DNA of 64,000 nt from the human T2T-CHM13v2.0 reference genome, Homo sapiens, in assembly GCF_009914755.1 (NCBI RefSeq), contig NC_060931.1. One strand, given 5' to 3'. Below, piece by piece: positions 45,213-60,791 of the stretch. Numbering within the stretch: position 1 is the stretch's first letter; each line of letters opens with the position of its first letter. The notes beneath the pieces are model-generated. The model saw only the letters and a list, made by a program, of their open reading frames with translations, was not told where the DNA came from and ran no database searches. The translations under genes were made by a program, and so were the position numbers.

Positions 45213-46713
45213 CAATGTGTCAATTTTTAAAAATTAATTAATTTTTAATGAAAGATTATACACAAATCACTTGATCCCAGGTTTATCTACTGGAGAGCTG
45301 GAGTAGGGCAGCTTTACCTCTTAGCTTGCACAGAGATACTAATAAACCAGCAGGGCCTTAACTGGCCAATCCCAATGTGTAACTGGATACTCACCAGGAA
45401 AGGATTATACATGGGCTTTAGATTATGAAGTTTGAAGTCCTCATCTATCATTTACTATCTGTGCGGTCTCAGAAAAATTATACCACATTCCTAAATTTTA
45501 ATTTTGCTATTTATAAGTAATACATTTACCTCAGAGAGTTTAAAAAGATTAAAAGTTACTTGCAAAAGTATGCAAATGAGTTAGGCATGTGTGCTTGTAT
45601 ATAAAGAAGTGGGTTAATATTTATGTGTGAATATGTGTGTATTTATGTGTGTATGTATGACTAAAAATGCCTCATTTAGTAGGCCAGGAACTCTATACAT
45701 AGTAGTAATTATTATTATCAGCAAGGTAAGAATGATTATTATTTCTGAATACAAACATAATTACTTATATAATTTGAAGCTGTTCGGATTTAACATGGAA
45801 TTATAACACAAGGCATGTGACTCAAGTTAGAGTCATTCAAGTAGAAATCCTTTCAATGTACCATATGTTATACATACAACTTTATGCAAATAAATTTCAG
45901 ATCCTATAGAGTACAAAACTGAAAATTTTGAATGTTTCTTACTTTAAGGATTACTTTTTAAAACTGCCTATTCAGGTAAAGATATATCATTAATTTACTC
46001 CTCTAAAACATCTTTCTCTTCCCCACTCCCACCTAGAGTTCGTTGTAGATCCTCTGTAAATGCCAAATGAAAGGATCTGATGAATGATTAGACTGTTCTG
46101 AATTTTAAAACATTCATAACCCAAAAGAAAGTTTTAAAATATGAATTCAGAAATAAAATCAGTAACAGCTGGCTTGTTTAACTCTAATATGCACAAGAGT
46201 GGAAATACTCCAATCATCCATTACTATATCTCATGAAAATGCTTCACACAGGTTTCAGCAAGTACTCCCATAAATACTGGTCACAGGACTAAAGCTATCA
46301 CTGGATCAGTGTCCAGTACAGTCAGAAACAAAGCATTCAGCCAACAGTCTCACCAAGAGTGGCAGGGCTGGGGGCACTCAAAGGGGAAGTGTCCAAAAAG
46401 AATCACAGATTTTCCTGCTGTGACACGTATACAAATTTTTATAGATACTTACACACACATATAGTTATATACTATGCCCCCATCCACCCTACATAGTATA
46501 GTACTTTTTAGTTTATAAACATTTTCATAGACTGTATCTCATTTGAGCATCATGACAACACTGTCAGGTAAATATGAGAGATATTAGAACCCCACTTAAC
46601 AGATGAGGAAACTGAGACTAATATCAAGTGACATATACAAGGTAACACAGATATAAAATAAGGCTATTAGGCCAACACTCTATTACAAAACAATTTTATC
46701 CCTTAAAAGTTAA

Positions 46714-47244
<531 letters not shown>

Positions 47245-47433
47245 AAAAGTTAAAAATTTTCAATAAATGTGCTGAGTCCTCAAAAAGAAAACAGAAAAGT
47301 ACCAGGCTAAAAGATGCAAGATCAGGATCTGACCTCACTCTACAATTTTCTGTCTGTATAAGCTGGATAACTTACTTAACTCCTCAGAGCCTTAGTTTTC
47401 TCATCTAGAAAATGATAACAGCATTTAAAAAAA

Positions 47434-47579
47434 ATTTTTTTAAATTTTATTTTTTGAAAAATAGAGATGGGATCTTGGTGTGTTGCCCAGGCTGGTCTTG
47501 AACTCCTGGGCTCAAGTGACCCACCCACCTCGGCCTCCTAAAGTGCTAGGATTATGGGCATGAGCCACCATGCCCCAAC
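47434..47579 (-). mobile_element. FLAM / Alu monomer
   Basis: Left-arm-only Alu. Confidence 0.8.
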
Positions 47580-47664
47580 TGGATAATGGCATCTATCTTG
47601 CAGGATTACTGTAAAGAGAAAATGAGAAAATATATGTAAGGGGCCTCCTTCAAATTATCTAAGA

Positions 47665-47997
47665 TAGTGGTCCCCCACCTTTTTGGCATCTGGGTTCAGT
47701 TTCATGGAAGAAACCAGAGAGGGTAGTGAAGCAGGGTGGTTTTAGGATGAAACTGTTCCACCTCAGATCATCAGGAATTAGACTCTCACAAGGAGCATGA
47801 AACCTAGATCCCACACATGCTCAGTTCACAATAGGGTTCACACTCCTATGATAATCTAATGCAGCTGCTGATCTGACAGCAGGCAGCACTCAGGCAGTAA
47901 TACTTGCTCATCTACCACTCACCTCCTGTTGTGTGGCCTGGTTCCTAACAAGCCATGGACCAGGACTGGTCCACAGCCTGGGGGTTTGAGCCTCCTG
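47665..47997. mobile_element. MER1B-like hAT element
   Basis: ggatgaaactgttccacctcagatcatcagg...aacctagatccc...gctgctgatctgacag. Confidence 0.85.
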
Positions 47998-48179
47998 AAC
48001 TAGGACATAACAAGTGCTTAATAAATGGGAAAAACTTTTTTTTTATTGTTTTCCTTTTTCTCTAGGCTCCGGCTATCTTAATTCCTAGTAGGGTTAATAG
48101 AATTATGTTTTAAGATTCTTTCTAGTTCTAAAAGTGAACAGGAGAGTGAACTATTTCTTTCTATATTAAGAAATTCTGG

Positions 48180-48491
<312 letters not shown>

Positions 48492-48617
48492 TTAAATTCA
48501 GGTCACACTGCCCCATCTGTAGTTTCTCAAAATGTTTGTAAAAACTTAACAAGCAATGTGTTCATTTAAAAAAAGGATTATTGGCTGGGTGTAGTGGCTC
48601 ACATCTATAATCCCAGC

Positions 48618-48915
48618 CTTTTTTTTTTTTTTTTAAGATGAGAGTCTCCTCCTTGTCACCAGGCCGGAGTCCAGCAGCGTGATCTTGGCTCGCTGCAACT
48701 TCCACCTCCGGGTTCAAGCGATTCTCCTGCCTCAGCCTCCCAAGTAGCTGGGATTACAGGCGTGCGCCACCATGCCCCAGCTAATTTTTGTATTTTTAGT
48801 AGAGACGGGGTTTTACCATGTTGGCCAGGATGGTCTCAATCTCCTGACCTCGTGATCCACCCGCCTTCGCCTCCCAAAGTGCTGGAATTACAGGTGTGAG
48901 TCACCGCACCCAGCC
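48618..48915 (-). mobile_element. AluS nested in an older + strand Alu monomer (48583-49025)
   Basis: Host Alu sequence tataatcccag(c/t)ctt is duplicated on both sides. Confidence 0.88.
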
Positions 48916-49067
48916 TATAATCCCAGTCTTTTGGGAGGCTGAGGCAGGAGGACTGCTTGAGGCCAAGAGTTTGAGACCAACCTGGGCCACACAGGCCTCA
49001 TTTCTACAGAAAAGAAAACAAATAAATATATACATGCATTCATACATACATAAAAAGTATAACTTAC

Positions 49068-49188
49068 CAACAGTTTTGCTGCCTGAACATGAACCACCCA
49101 AGAGCCATCACTGACCATGTGACAAATTTTTCCAAACGCATCATCAACTAAGCGTATTTCTTCATTAGAAGAAGGAATTGGGACAATG
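49068..49188 (-). pseudogene. INTS4: INTS4 exon (probably exon 8), 121 nt
   Basis: ag|C ATT...TTG|gtaagt; translates (S)IVPIPSSNEEIRLVDDAFGKICHMVSDGSWVVHVQAAKLL. Phase 2 start matches the end of the previous exon. Confidence 0.93.
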
Positions 49189-49251
49189 CTAAATTAAAAG
49201 AAAAGAAATGAAATCACTTAGAACAAAACATGAACCTAAGTCTGCAGATTC

Positions 49252-49990
<739 letters not shown>

Positions 49991-50039
49991 TCACTCTAGG
50001 AGTACAAACCAACTCTTTCAGTTGCATTGCAAATTATGC

Positions 50040-50330
50040 TTTTTTTTTGAGACAGGGTCTCACTTCTGTCACCCAGGCTGGAGTGCAGTGGCATGAGCAC
50101 TGCTCACCGCAGTGTCAACTTCCTGGGCTCAGGTGATCCTCCCAGTTCACTCTTCTGAGTAGCTGGGACTACAAAAGCATGCCACCACACCCAGCTAATT
50201 TTTTATATTTTTAGTAGAGACGGTTCACCATGTTGCCCAGGTTGATCTCAAACTCCTGAGATCAAGCAATCCGCCCGCCTCAGCCTCCCAAAGTGCTAGG
50301 ATTACAGGGCTGAGCCACTGCAATCAGGTG
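50040..50330 (-). mobile_element. AluJ
   Basis: Full-length Alu. Confidence 0.88.
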
Positions 50331-50377
50331 CAAATTTTCAATGTATTGAATAAAAGTGTGTAACTCACCAAAGGTTC

Positions 50378-50657
50378 AGCCAGGCGTGTAATCCCAGCAC
50401 ACTGAGATACTGAGGTGGGCAGATTACCTGAAGCCAGGGGTTCAAGACTAGCCTACCCAACATGGCAAAACCTCATCTCTACTAAAAATACAAAAAATGA
50501 GCTGGGTGTGGTGGGGCACAACTGTAATTCCGGCTATTTGGGAGGCTCAGGCATGAGAATTGCTTCAACCCAGGAGTTGGAGGTTGCAGTAAGCCGAGAT
50601 CACATCACTGCACTGCAGCCTGGGCCACAGAGCAAGACCCTGCCTTAAAAAAAAAAA
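50378..50657 (+). mobile_element. Alu (S/J)
   Basis: Alu flanked by a long imperfect direct repeat. Confidence 0.88.
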
Positions 50658-50758
50658 GTACGTAACCCACCAAAGGTTCAAAGATTTATGAAATTATCAA
50701 AAACTAGCTTCCACCGAATATTTCATATCCTTAAGTTTATTATCTTCTGTAACTGAAA

Positions 50759-51105
<347 letters not shown>

Positions 51106-51844
51106 TAAAACTTACTTATCAATCCAGTCCTAAAAGAAGAGACAATTTCCACTTAGCCCTTTTCTTTGTATGTGTCTAAGTCCTAAAATGGAGTCTACTA
51201 CAAATGGAGCCTACTCCTACAGGTTTATTAATCCATTCTGGTTTTCAAATTTTGGCAGTTTAATGAAGAGGAAAAAACACCTCTTTTTCCTATACAAGGA
51301 AAAATAAAATATTCTATAAATATTTATAAATAAAAGATAAATATTTATAAATGTAATATTCTATCTTACAAAATATAATAAATAATATTGCCTACCTCCT
51401 CAAAGAATCACTGTGGTTAACTTAATTGCTGTGAAAATATTTTTAACCAGGAAAACTACATAAGAGATCATTATTCTCAAACTCATCTGGTATCTTTGTC
51501 TGGCATTTGGCGCAAGCCAAACTAAAATGGGTCCCAAACAATTTTAAAGATTTTTTTGTAAAGTACTGAAAACCATTTAAGAAAGATATTCCAATTTCTT
51601 CACTTATGGATGAGAAGATTAGGACAAAAGAAGTGTCTTTCCGAAGGTGTACAGAAAGTTCCTATCAGAGATGAAAAATGAGGACCAGGCAATCTGATTT
51701 TCAGGGCCTGTGCTTTTCCCTTACTCCCCATTGCCTTCCAAAAATCTAACCAACATTTCTTTTCTAGAAGTGGGCTTTTTGCATGGTGAGAGGAGAGGAA
51801 AACGGCTTCACAATCAACAAAAGCCAGCTTACACCCGCACTGAC

Positions 51845-51933
51845 CTTTCAGGATAGAGCTGACTGACAACCCAGATAAGCTAGACTGCAGCACTGCGCAC
51901 TTGTTCATAGTCATCAGAGAGTAATTTACAGGC
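51845..51933 (-). pseudogene. INTS4: INTS4 exon (probably exon 7), 89 nt, with in-frame TAG
   Basis: ttctttgcag|GCC...GAAAG|gtcagt; translates ACKLLSDDYEQVRSAAV*LIWVVSQLYPE. TAG at 51882-51880 where recalled INTS4 has Gln. Confidence 0.92.
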
Positions 51934-54900
51934 CTGCAAAGAAGAATTCCAAAAGTCTATTAGTTCTGTGTCCTCTCAGGCAATGTTTAAACTATTTTCA
52001 AAGTGAAGATATAGGGTAGTTGGATAAGGATGCCCAGTAAAACACTTGTGTGTGGTTTTAACTTCTTGAATCTTTGCTTAAAAATGAATCTTGACCTCTG
52101 TCAGCTGCTCTGGCTATATTCTGACTATGCACTCTACCCCACATCTGGAAGGAGAATCACAGACTGACGGCATAAAAACATCTAGAACAGATCAAACCCA
52201 GCAAAGCATGCTGGGAGCCCACAGTACTGTTCTCACAGGCTCAAACACCAATTATGGGTTTTTCCTCCCCCTGTAAAAATCAAAGCGCACACTTCTGTTT
52301 ACCTTGGTCTGAAATCATTGGCCTCTGTTTCAATCCACTCACTCTTTCTGGGTAGCCCCATACTCCCTAAATACTGATGGCTCCGAATACCTACCCTTAG
52401 CTCTGATTTCTCCTGATCTCCAGACCTTTATAACTACTTATGGCTGGAATTCTCTTCACGGATGTCCCATCAAACTTTTGTACCCAACACACGCAAACCT
52501 GAACTCATTAAGGAAGCAAATTCTACCTTATATCTTAAATTCTACACTATCAGTCCATCCTCACTCCCTTGATGCTGTCATTACTGCTTGCCTAGATTAC
52601 TAACAGAGTCTTATGCCACCAAACATCTGAATCAGCCAACTAACTTCCGTTCCTCTGAGTCCTTACTATCCAAGTTTCCTTTAAATTACTTGGCTTCCCA
52701 CATAGTATCAAAAAAAAAACCAAAAAAAAAAACGAGGAAATAGTACATGAAAAAGCAGAATTAAAACAACTGAGTATATGTTTAAAACTGCAAAAGGTCA
52801 CTTTTTCAGAAAAATATTAAAATATTAAATCTAACAAATATCTAGGCAGATTGATGGAGAAAAATACAGAAAATGCACAAAAAAACCAATTACCTGGAAT
52901 GTGAAGGATACAAAACGTCAGCAGTTGTAGATTTTAAATAAGCAATGACTTTGAGTTCGACCATGATTGGGTATATTGAAAAGAATCTCTCAGAAAAAAA
53001 GAAAAAGAAAACTGTTATAAAGCTATGTACAAAATGTTAAGCACTATTGAAGTCTTCCAATTCTACCAGTTATGGAGTTATTGGTCTTGGACTAATTCTC
53101 CTGAAAAGAAAAAAACAAAACAAAACAAAAAAAACTAAAAACTGGGATAAAATAGCCTACCGTGGGCACTGGCAATGCAACCGAGCACGTAGGACATGGG
53201 TGCTACATTCTCTTTGTCAGAACACAAAGCATTCATACACTCTTCTCACCCTCACTCTCACCTTTTAATCTTAGATCTACTATTAAAAGTATTCAACATT
53301 ACTATCAATCCTTTGGTCAAAATTTCTTTACTCACATTTTGCTTGATGCACTTGGATAGACTGTTCAAGAAAGTGTGAGTAGTGAATTCCTCAAACTCTT
53401 GCATATTTAAAATTACATTTTTGAGCCTTGATGCTTGAAGTGTAGCTTGGGTAACGGGTGGGCTTTAAGCCAATTTTGGCATGCAAGGGGTTGAGTTTAT
53501 TAGGCATCAGCACCGCTGAAAATCGTGGGGATGCAGGCTTAATTTCAACACTATTCTAAATACTTGAAAGATATTATATAACTCTTTAATAAACTCCTGT
53601 GTCTACAAATGGTTCACATTAACTCAATATCCAAGATTAAACATCTATAAAATCAAGGCACTGTTATTTAGTGGAGACTTGCTGGTTATTCTATGAGAGG
53701 AGGTATTGTTATTGTAATCTCATCCTCTCATAAAAGTGTATCATATTACTCATAACCAGCCCTTCATATTCTATTCCTATTTTGGTATTTAAAAATAAGA
53801 TATCTTTGAAACACTTGAATTCAAAGAGGGAATCTGAATAGTTTTTAAAATGTCAATGAAATGCCATTTCTTCATGCTTGAACAAATACAAATTGACTAA
53901 AGTGCTTCTCTTCAAACTTTCTGGAACATTTTTTATCTAAATTCTAGGAACAATCACAATAGGTTTTAACCACAAATGTGAGAATGTTCTAAACGTTAGG
54001 GTGGAAAATTTTTAAAATAATTTTATAGTAATTTTTTCATCATAGTGACAGTGTGCTAAATTTTTTTCAGTCAAATATTACTGTGGACATTTAAGTCAAG
54101 ATTCTAAGAAGCTGTTCTACAGTCCAAAATTTAGTTTCATATACAATGATATTATACATATATTTGCATATAAAATTAATATATGTGAGCCATGTTTCAA
54201 ATAGTTGAGAGATTATTATATCAAAGATTCTTGATTATATAAAATGCCAATTACTTATAGGCACACATGCTTTTAATAATTACAAAGGCAGCTGTGGTTG
54301 ATTCTACTCTTGCTACTGGCATTTATATGGACATAACATTATGGTCTGAAGAATATTTAGGCAAATTTATCCCTCATATGATCAGAAGAACAATGCAAGA
54401 TAGTTTATATCTGAAAGGAAAAAACCTTTATATGGTTCTGAAAGCCTAAATCCTTAACAACTTGCATAATAATTAGCATAAAAATACACAAACATGCCCT
54501 CTTCCTAGCAGTAAGTACACAGTGATAACAGAATCAAAGCATGTGGCTATGTGCATGTTTATATTTCAAGACGCAGAGCACTCTATTCCTCTTCTCTGTC
54601 CTTTCTAGATGGCACAATTCCTCATGAATCTAAGTGCAGTCATAGGGTGGATTAGGGTGACCTGCCATTTGTATGCAACTGATCTCTATTTTGGAAGCAA
54701 TTAATGTAAAAATATATTTTTACAAGATAATTTCAAATTTCAGGGCAAACTAGCATGGTTTCACTCCTTTTCTTTGTAACATTTTTTCTAAGGTTGGAAA
54801 AGTAAGGCTTTAGTACGATTTTTAATAATAAGTTTTCAAAGTGAGACGCAAAATGGTGGCGCCAACACATTTCAAGTCTGCTACATTTTGAATACACTTA

Positions 54901-54955
54901 TTGGAGAAAAGACCTTCTCATCATTTTTCTCTTACAGGAAAGGAAATAACATGTA

Positions 54956-55330
54956 CAGTTGACCCTTAAGCAACACGGAGGTTGGGGTGCTGGCCCCCCT
55001 ACACAGTAGAAAATCCACTATAACTTTGACTCCCCCAAAACTTAACTACTAATAGCCTACTGTAAGCCTTACAAATAACACAAGCAGTCAATTAACACAT
55101 ATTTAATATGTTATATGTCTTATATACTGTATTCTTAACAAACATGCCAGAGAAAAGAAAAAGAAAATCATAAGGAAAATATATTTACTAGTTATTAAAT
55201 GGAAGTACATGATCAAACAGGTCTTCATCCTCATCCTTTTCATGGGCAGGGTGTGGAGAAGGATGTAGAATTGTTGGTTTTGCTAAGTGGACCTGCACAG
55301 TTCAAACCCCTGTGGTGCAAAGGCCAACTG
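54956..55330. mobile_element. Tigger2/MER8-like DNA transposon (copy 2)
   Basis: Paralog of 9267-9634. Confidence 0.85.
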
Positions 55331-55424
55331 TAAAGCCATTGAATAGCAATTTAGTTTTAGAAATTAACCTCACTAAAATACTCTTAGAAGGATGCCAAGA
55401 AAAAAAATGAATAAGTATTTTTGG

Positions 55425-57980
55425 TTCATCTATTTCATCATTTCATTTAATTTCCTCATTTCATTTCATCCTTTCATCATTTCGTTGCATCATTTCATTT
55501 CATCATTTCATCTCATCATTTCATTTCATTCTTTCATCATTTCATCTCAACATTTCATTTCATCATTTCACTTCATCTCATCATTTCATCATTTCATCTC
55601 ATGATTTCATTTCATCTCATTTCATCTTTTCATCTCATTTCATCTTTTCATCTCATTTCATTATTTCATCCTTTCATCATTTTGTTGCATCATTTCATCT
55701 CATCATTTCATTTCATTCTTTCATTTCATTTCATCCTTTCATTTCATTTCATCATTTCATCTCAACATTTCATCATTTCACTTCATCTCATCATTTCATT
55801 TCATCTCATTTTATTTCATCTTTTCGTCATTTCATTTCATCATTGCATCTTTTCATCTCAATTCATTTTTCATCAATTCATTTCATTTCACTTATTTCAT
55901 CATTTCATCATTTCACTTCATTTCATTTAATATCATTTCATCATTTCATATCATTTCATCATTTCATCTTTCCATTTCATCATTTCATCATTTGACTTAT
56001 CATTTCATTTCCTCATTTCATCATTTCATTTCATTGCATCCTTTCATCATTTCATCTCATTTCATCCTTTCATTTCATTATTTCATTTCATCATTTCATC
56101 TCATCATTGCATTTCCTCATTTCATCATTTCACTTCATCTCATTTCATAATTTCATCTCATGATTTCATTTCATCTCATTTCATCTTTTCATCTCATTTC
56201 ATCATTTCATCTTTTCATCTCATCATTTCATCAATTCATCATTTCATCATTTCGTTAATCATTTCACTTCATTTCATCATTTCATATCATTTCTTCATTT
56301 CATCATTTGATCTTTTCATTTCATTTCATCATTTCACTTCATCATTTCATTTCTTCATTTCATTTCCTCATTTCATTTCACCATTTCATCATTTCATTTC
56401 ATCATTCCATTTCATCATTTCATCATTTCATTTCATCTCATCATTTCATTATTTCATCAATTCATTTCATTTACTTCATCATTTCATTTGACTTCATTTC
56501 ATCATTTCATCATTTAATATCATTTCATCATTTCATTTCATATCATTTCATCATTTCATCTTTCCATTTCATCATTTCATCATTTGACTTATCATTTCAT
56601 TTCATCACTTCATCATTTCATTTCATCCTTTCATCATTTCATCTCATTTCATCCTTTCATTTCATTATTTCATTTCATTTCATCTCATCATTGCATTTCC
56701 TCATTTCATCATTTCACTTCATCTCATCATTTCATAATTTCATCTCATGATTTCATTTCATCTCATGATTTCATTTCATCTCATTTCATTTCATCTTTTC
56801 ATCTCATTTCATCATTTCATTTCATCTTTTCATCTCATCATTTCATTTCATCAATTCATCATTTCATTATTTCATTAATCATTTCACTTCTTCATTTCAT
56901 ATCATTTCTTCATTTCATCATTTGATCTTTTCATTTCATCATTTCATTTCATTTCATCATTTCACTTCATTTCATTTCTTCATTTCATTTCCTCATTTCA
57001 TTTCACCATTTCATCATTTCATTTCATCATTCCATTTCATCATTTCATCTCATCATTTCATCCTTTCATTTCATTATTTCATCTCATCATTTCATCTCAT
57101 CATTTCATCATTTCACTTCATCTCATCATTTCATCTCATGATTTCATCTCATCATTTCATCTCATGATTTCATTTCATCTCATCAATTCATAGCATCTTT
57201 TCATCTCATTTATTTCATTTCATCTTTTCATTTCGTCATTCATTTCATCATTTCGTCAATTCATTTCATTTCCTTATTTCATCATTTCATTATTTCACTT
57301 CATTTCATCATTTCATTCCATCATTTCATATCATTTCTTCATCATTTCATCATTTCATTTCACTTCATTTCACCATTTCATCATCATTCCATTTCTCATT
57401 TCATCTTATCATTTCATTTCATCATTTCACTTCATCTCATGATTTCATCATTTCATCTCATCATTTCATCTTTTCATCTCATTTCATTTAATCATTTCAT
57501 TTCACCTTTTAATCTCGTCATTTCATTTCATCATTTCATGTCATCAATTCATCATTTCATTTCATTATTTCCTCATTTCATCATTTCACTTCATCACTTC
57601 ATTACATTTCATCTCATCATTTCATATCATTTGTTCATTTCATCATTTCATCTTTTCATTTCATTGTTTCACTTCATCATTTCATCATTTCATATCATTT
57701 CTTCATTTCATCATTTCATCTTTTCTTTTCATCATTTCATTTCATTATTTCACTTCATCAGTTCATTTCATCATTTCATTTCATTTCCTCATTTCATTTC
57801 ACCATTTTGTTTCATCATTTCATTATTTCATTTCATCATTCGATTTCATCATTTCATTTCATCATTTTATCATTTCATTTCATCTCATCATTTCATCATT
57901 TCATCATTTCATTTCATTTCATCATTTCATCATTTCGTTTCTTCATTTGATCATTTCATTTCATCATTTCATTTCATTTC
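55425..57980. repeat. (CATTT/CAT)n degenerate satellite-like array, ~2.55 kb
   Basis: Paralog of 9726-12160. Confidence 0.95.
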
Positions 57981-58849
57981 AGTGATACATGTATTTAAGT
58001 GCTAATGTGATGCCCAGGAGACACCCTATTTCCCTTTGTAAAACACCTCCTTCAACAAAAGGCAACCTCTCATGGCTGGCTAAGTCTACAGGGATACCAG
58101 CCTCTCTTCAACCACCCAGTTTGATTTAGAACCTCAAACAGCACCTCAGTTTCATAAAAACCTAAAACATAAAACACAACACTTGGTTGTAAGTGAGCCA
58201 ACAGTTTCTTGTCTCTTTCTCTGCTCAAGGCTTAAGGCCGTGTCTCCCCAACTACGTTCAGTGGAAGAAAAGATCCCCTGGACAAATAAGTTTGAGAACT
58301 GTTGTTGCAGGACTTCTCAGAACCTTTAAAACACAAATCCTCATCCGCAGGGATCTTCAGGAGGGAGATGGCTGGTGCAGCACAACTTTCTTTCACAGGA
58401 GCATCTTGCAGAATACAGTATGAGATACAGAAAGGCTGCACTGAGTCTTTTTAAGGGCCCGGGCCTTGGTGCGGGTGGGGAAGGAGCTCTCCAGATAGCA
58501 TCTAATGAGTAGGAACATTCAGGTGGCTTTTTTTTTTTCCTTATTGGCAAAACTGTGTGTGCACCATGAATGAAGCTGGACTCCCTTATCCATATCAAAA
58601 CTAAACCCAAATTAATTGGCTAAATTGGGACTCAACACCTCCAGGAGCCACATGGAAGAAAGCCCCACCACACTTTAAAGTAGCTTACCTCATCATATTT
58701 GAGGAAAGCAAAACGCTTATGACCAGTATGCTGCTAATACAAGTCTACAGATAATGCTGTATGAAAAATTATTTTTCCCAATCATGGCTGGCATAGTCCA
58801 CATTTTGCATTACACTTTCCCCCCTTTTTTTAAATTTTAAGCACAGGTC

Positions 58850-59003
58850 TTTTTTTCTTCTTTTTTTAAATTTTAATTTAATTATACAAGACGGAGTCTC
58901 AGTATGTTGCCCAGGCTGGTCTTGGACTCCTGAGCTCAAGTGATACATCCGTCTCCGCCTCCCAAAGTGCTGGGATTACAGGCCTGAGACACTGTGCCCG
59001 GCC
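58850..59003 (-). mobile_element. FLAM / Alu monomer (copy 2)
   Basis: Paralog of 13026-13179. Confidence 0.85.
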
Positions 59004-59369
59004 TTAAACACAAATCTTAATTCATTCTTACAACTATCCTGAGGTTAGAAAAATGGAAGGGGAAGAAAAATGGCAAGCAGGCAGGCTGACTTCGGCTTCA
59101 TTATTTGGAAGGACAGTTTGCTTGGTTAAAACACACTACTGCCCACAAAGGCCAAGACAACAGAAAAATACAGACTTATATAAATAGATTTTATATGTGA
59201 CAGCAGTTTGAATGGAGACTTTTTCAATGCAAATGACAAACAGCTGTCCTTGGGAATAAATGACAACGAATTTTTTTATCTCAACAGCTGTCCTGAGAGC
59301 ACGTCTCTACATCTCTACCTGCATTCTGGAAACCGGGAGAAAGCCAAAACGGATGACAAGACACTAGAT

Positions 59370-59571
59370 CAGCCGTGTCCAACCCTGTGACTACAAGGAC
59401 TTTTCCGCCTATCTTTGGTGGTGGGTATCATCAAAATTCTGCACAAACCTTTTTTTTTTTTTTTTTTTTTAAGCTCATTAGCTGTTGTTAGCATTAGTGT
59501 ATTTTATGTGTGGCCCAGGAGCATTCTTCTTCCAATGTGGGCCTGAGAAGCCAAAAGACTGGACACCTGTG
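59370..59571 (-). mobile_element. MER30-like hAT element (copy 2)
   Basis: Paralog with the same TSD. Confidence 0.8.
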
Positions 59572-59679
59572 CACTAAATCAAAAGGCTATTCCTTCTGGA
59601 AGCAATTGTAAAGAATTTCTCACATTATCTTGACATGAAAACCAATGGATAGTGGGACAGAATGCAAAATCTTCAAGAA

Positions 59680-59952
59680 TTTTTGTTGTTGTTGTTGTTG
59701 TTTTTGAGTCAAGGTCTTGCTCTGTGGCCCAGGCTGGAGTACACTGGTGAGATCACAGCTCAGTGCAGGCTCAAGTGCTCCTCCCGCCTCAGCCACAGTA
59801 CTAGCTGGGACTACAGATGCGCACAGCCACCCCTGGCTAATATTTTATCTTTTGTAGAGACGGGGTCTCACTGTATTGTCCAGGTTGGTCTCAAACTCTT
59901 TGACTCAAGGGATCCAGGACAGGATAACAGGTGTGAGCCACCACACCTGGCC
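59680..59952 (-). mobile_element. AluJ (copy 2)
   Basis: Appears identical to 13854-14126. Confidence 0.85.
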
Positions 59953-60791
59953 ATGTGCATGAACTTTTAAGACAAACACAAGGCCCCACAAAAGGTAAGG
60001 TTTTCCCACCTAATTTCCAGGGGATCTTTTGGTGCAAGGATGAGAAGCCCTTAAAAGTACACAGACAACTCCAAAGATTCAAGACAGTTCATTCGGGCTG
60101 AGCCAGCCCACTGGGCAGACAGACCTTCAAGAAAGGCCCACGCATGACATACACCAGATGGCTCTCCAAGAATCGCTTCAGTCCTCAGGGTCCCTAAGGT
60201 ACTGGACAGAGCTAGGAAAGCAAACCCATTTGCTTCTTCCTGCACGAAACCCCTTGAGGTCAAGACCCCACAATCAGACGAGGATGGAGTGGCTCACCCT
60301 CAGTCAACAGGCCAGACTCAAGGTGGTATAATGACTTAACCAAGGGTGTGGGACTCCAGGTCTGACTCCCAACTCAGTTCTCCTTTAATAACCACACTTT
60401 GGTAATTCTCCTTAACAGGGGTTCCTGGCAAGTCAGTTCTCCCTCAGGCCTTTGGTTTCCTCACCTACAAGATGAGAGGGCCGGACCAGATGGAAATTCG
60501 GGGGGTAAGGGGATGTCCGCGCGCAGCCCACCCCCACCCCCCCGACCCGCCCCACGGGACCCTAGCGCCTCCATCCCAGTTCCCACCAAGCACCCGCCCC
60601 ACAAATCCTGCCCAAGGTGAGGGCTGGTCCCGGGTCTCTCGGCTGCCGCATCAGCGAGTGCAGGAGGGAGGGGAAGCCTCCAAGGGCGCGACGCGGGCTC
60701 AAGGATGCAACTCGGCCAGGAGTGAACTGGGGCCTCAAGGGAGGTGTCCGGGCCGCTCCTCGAGCCCAGCCCGGGTCCCCAAACCCCTTAC

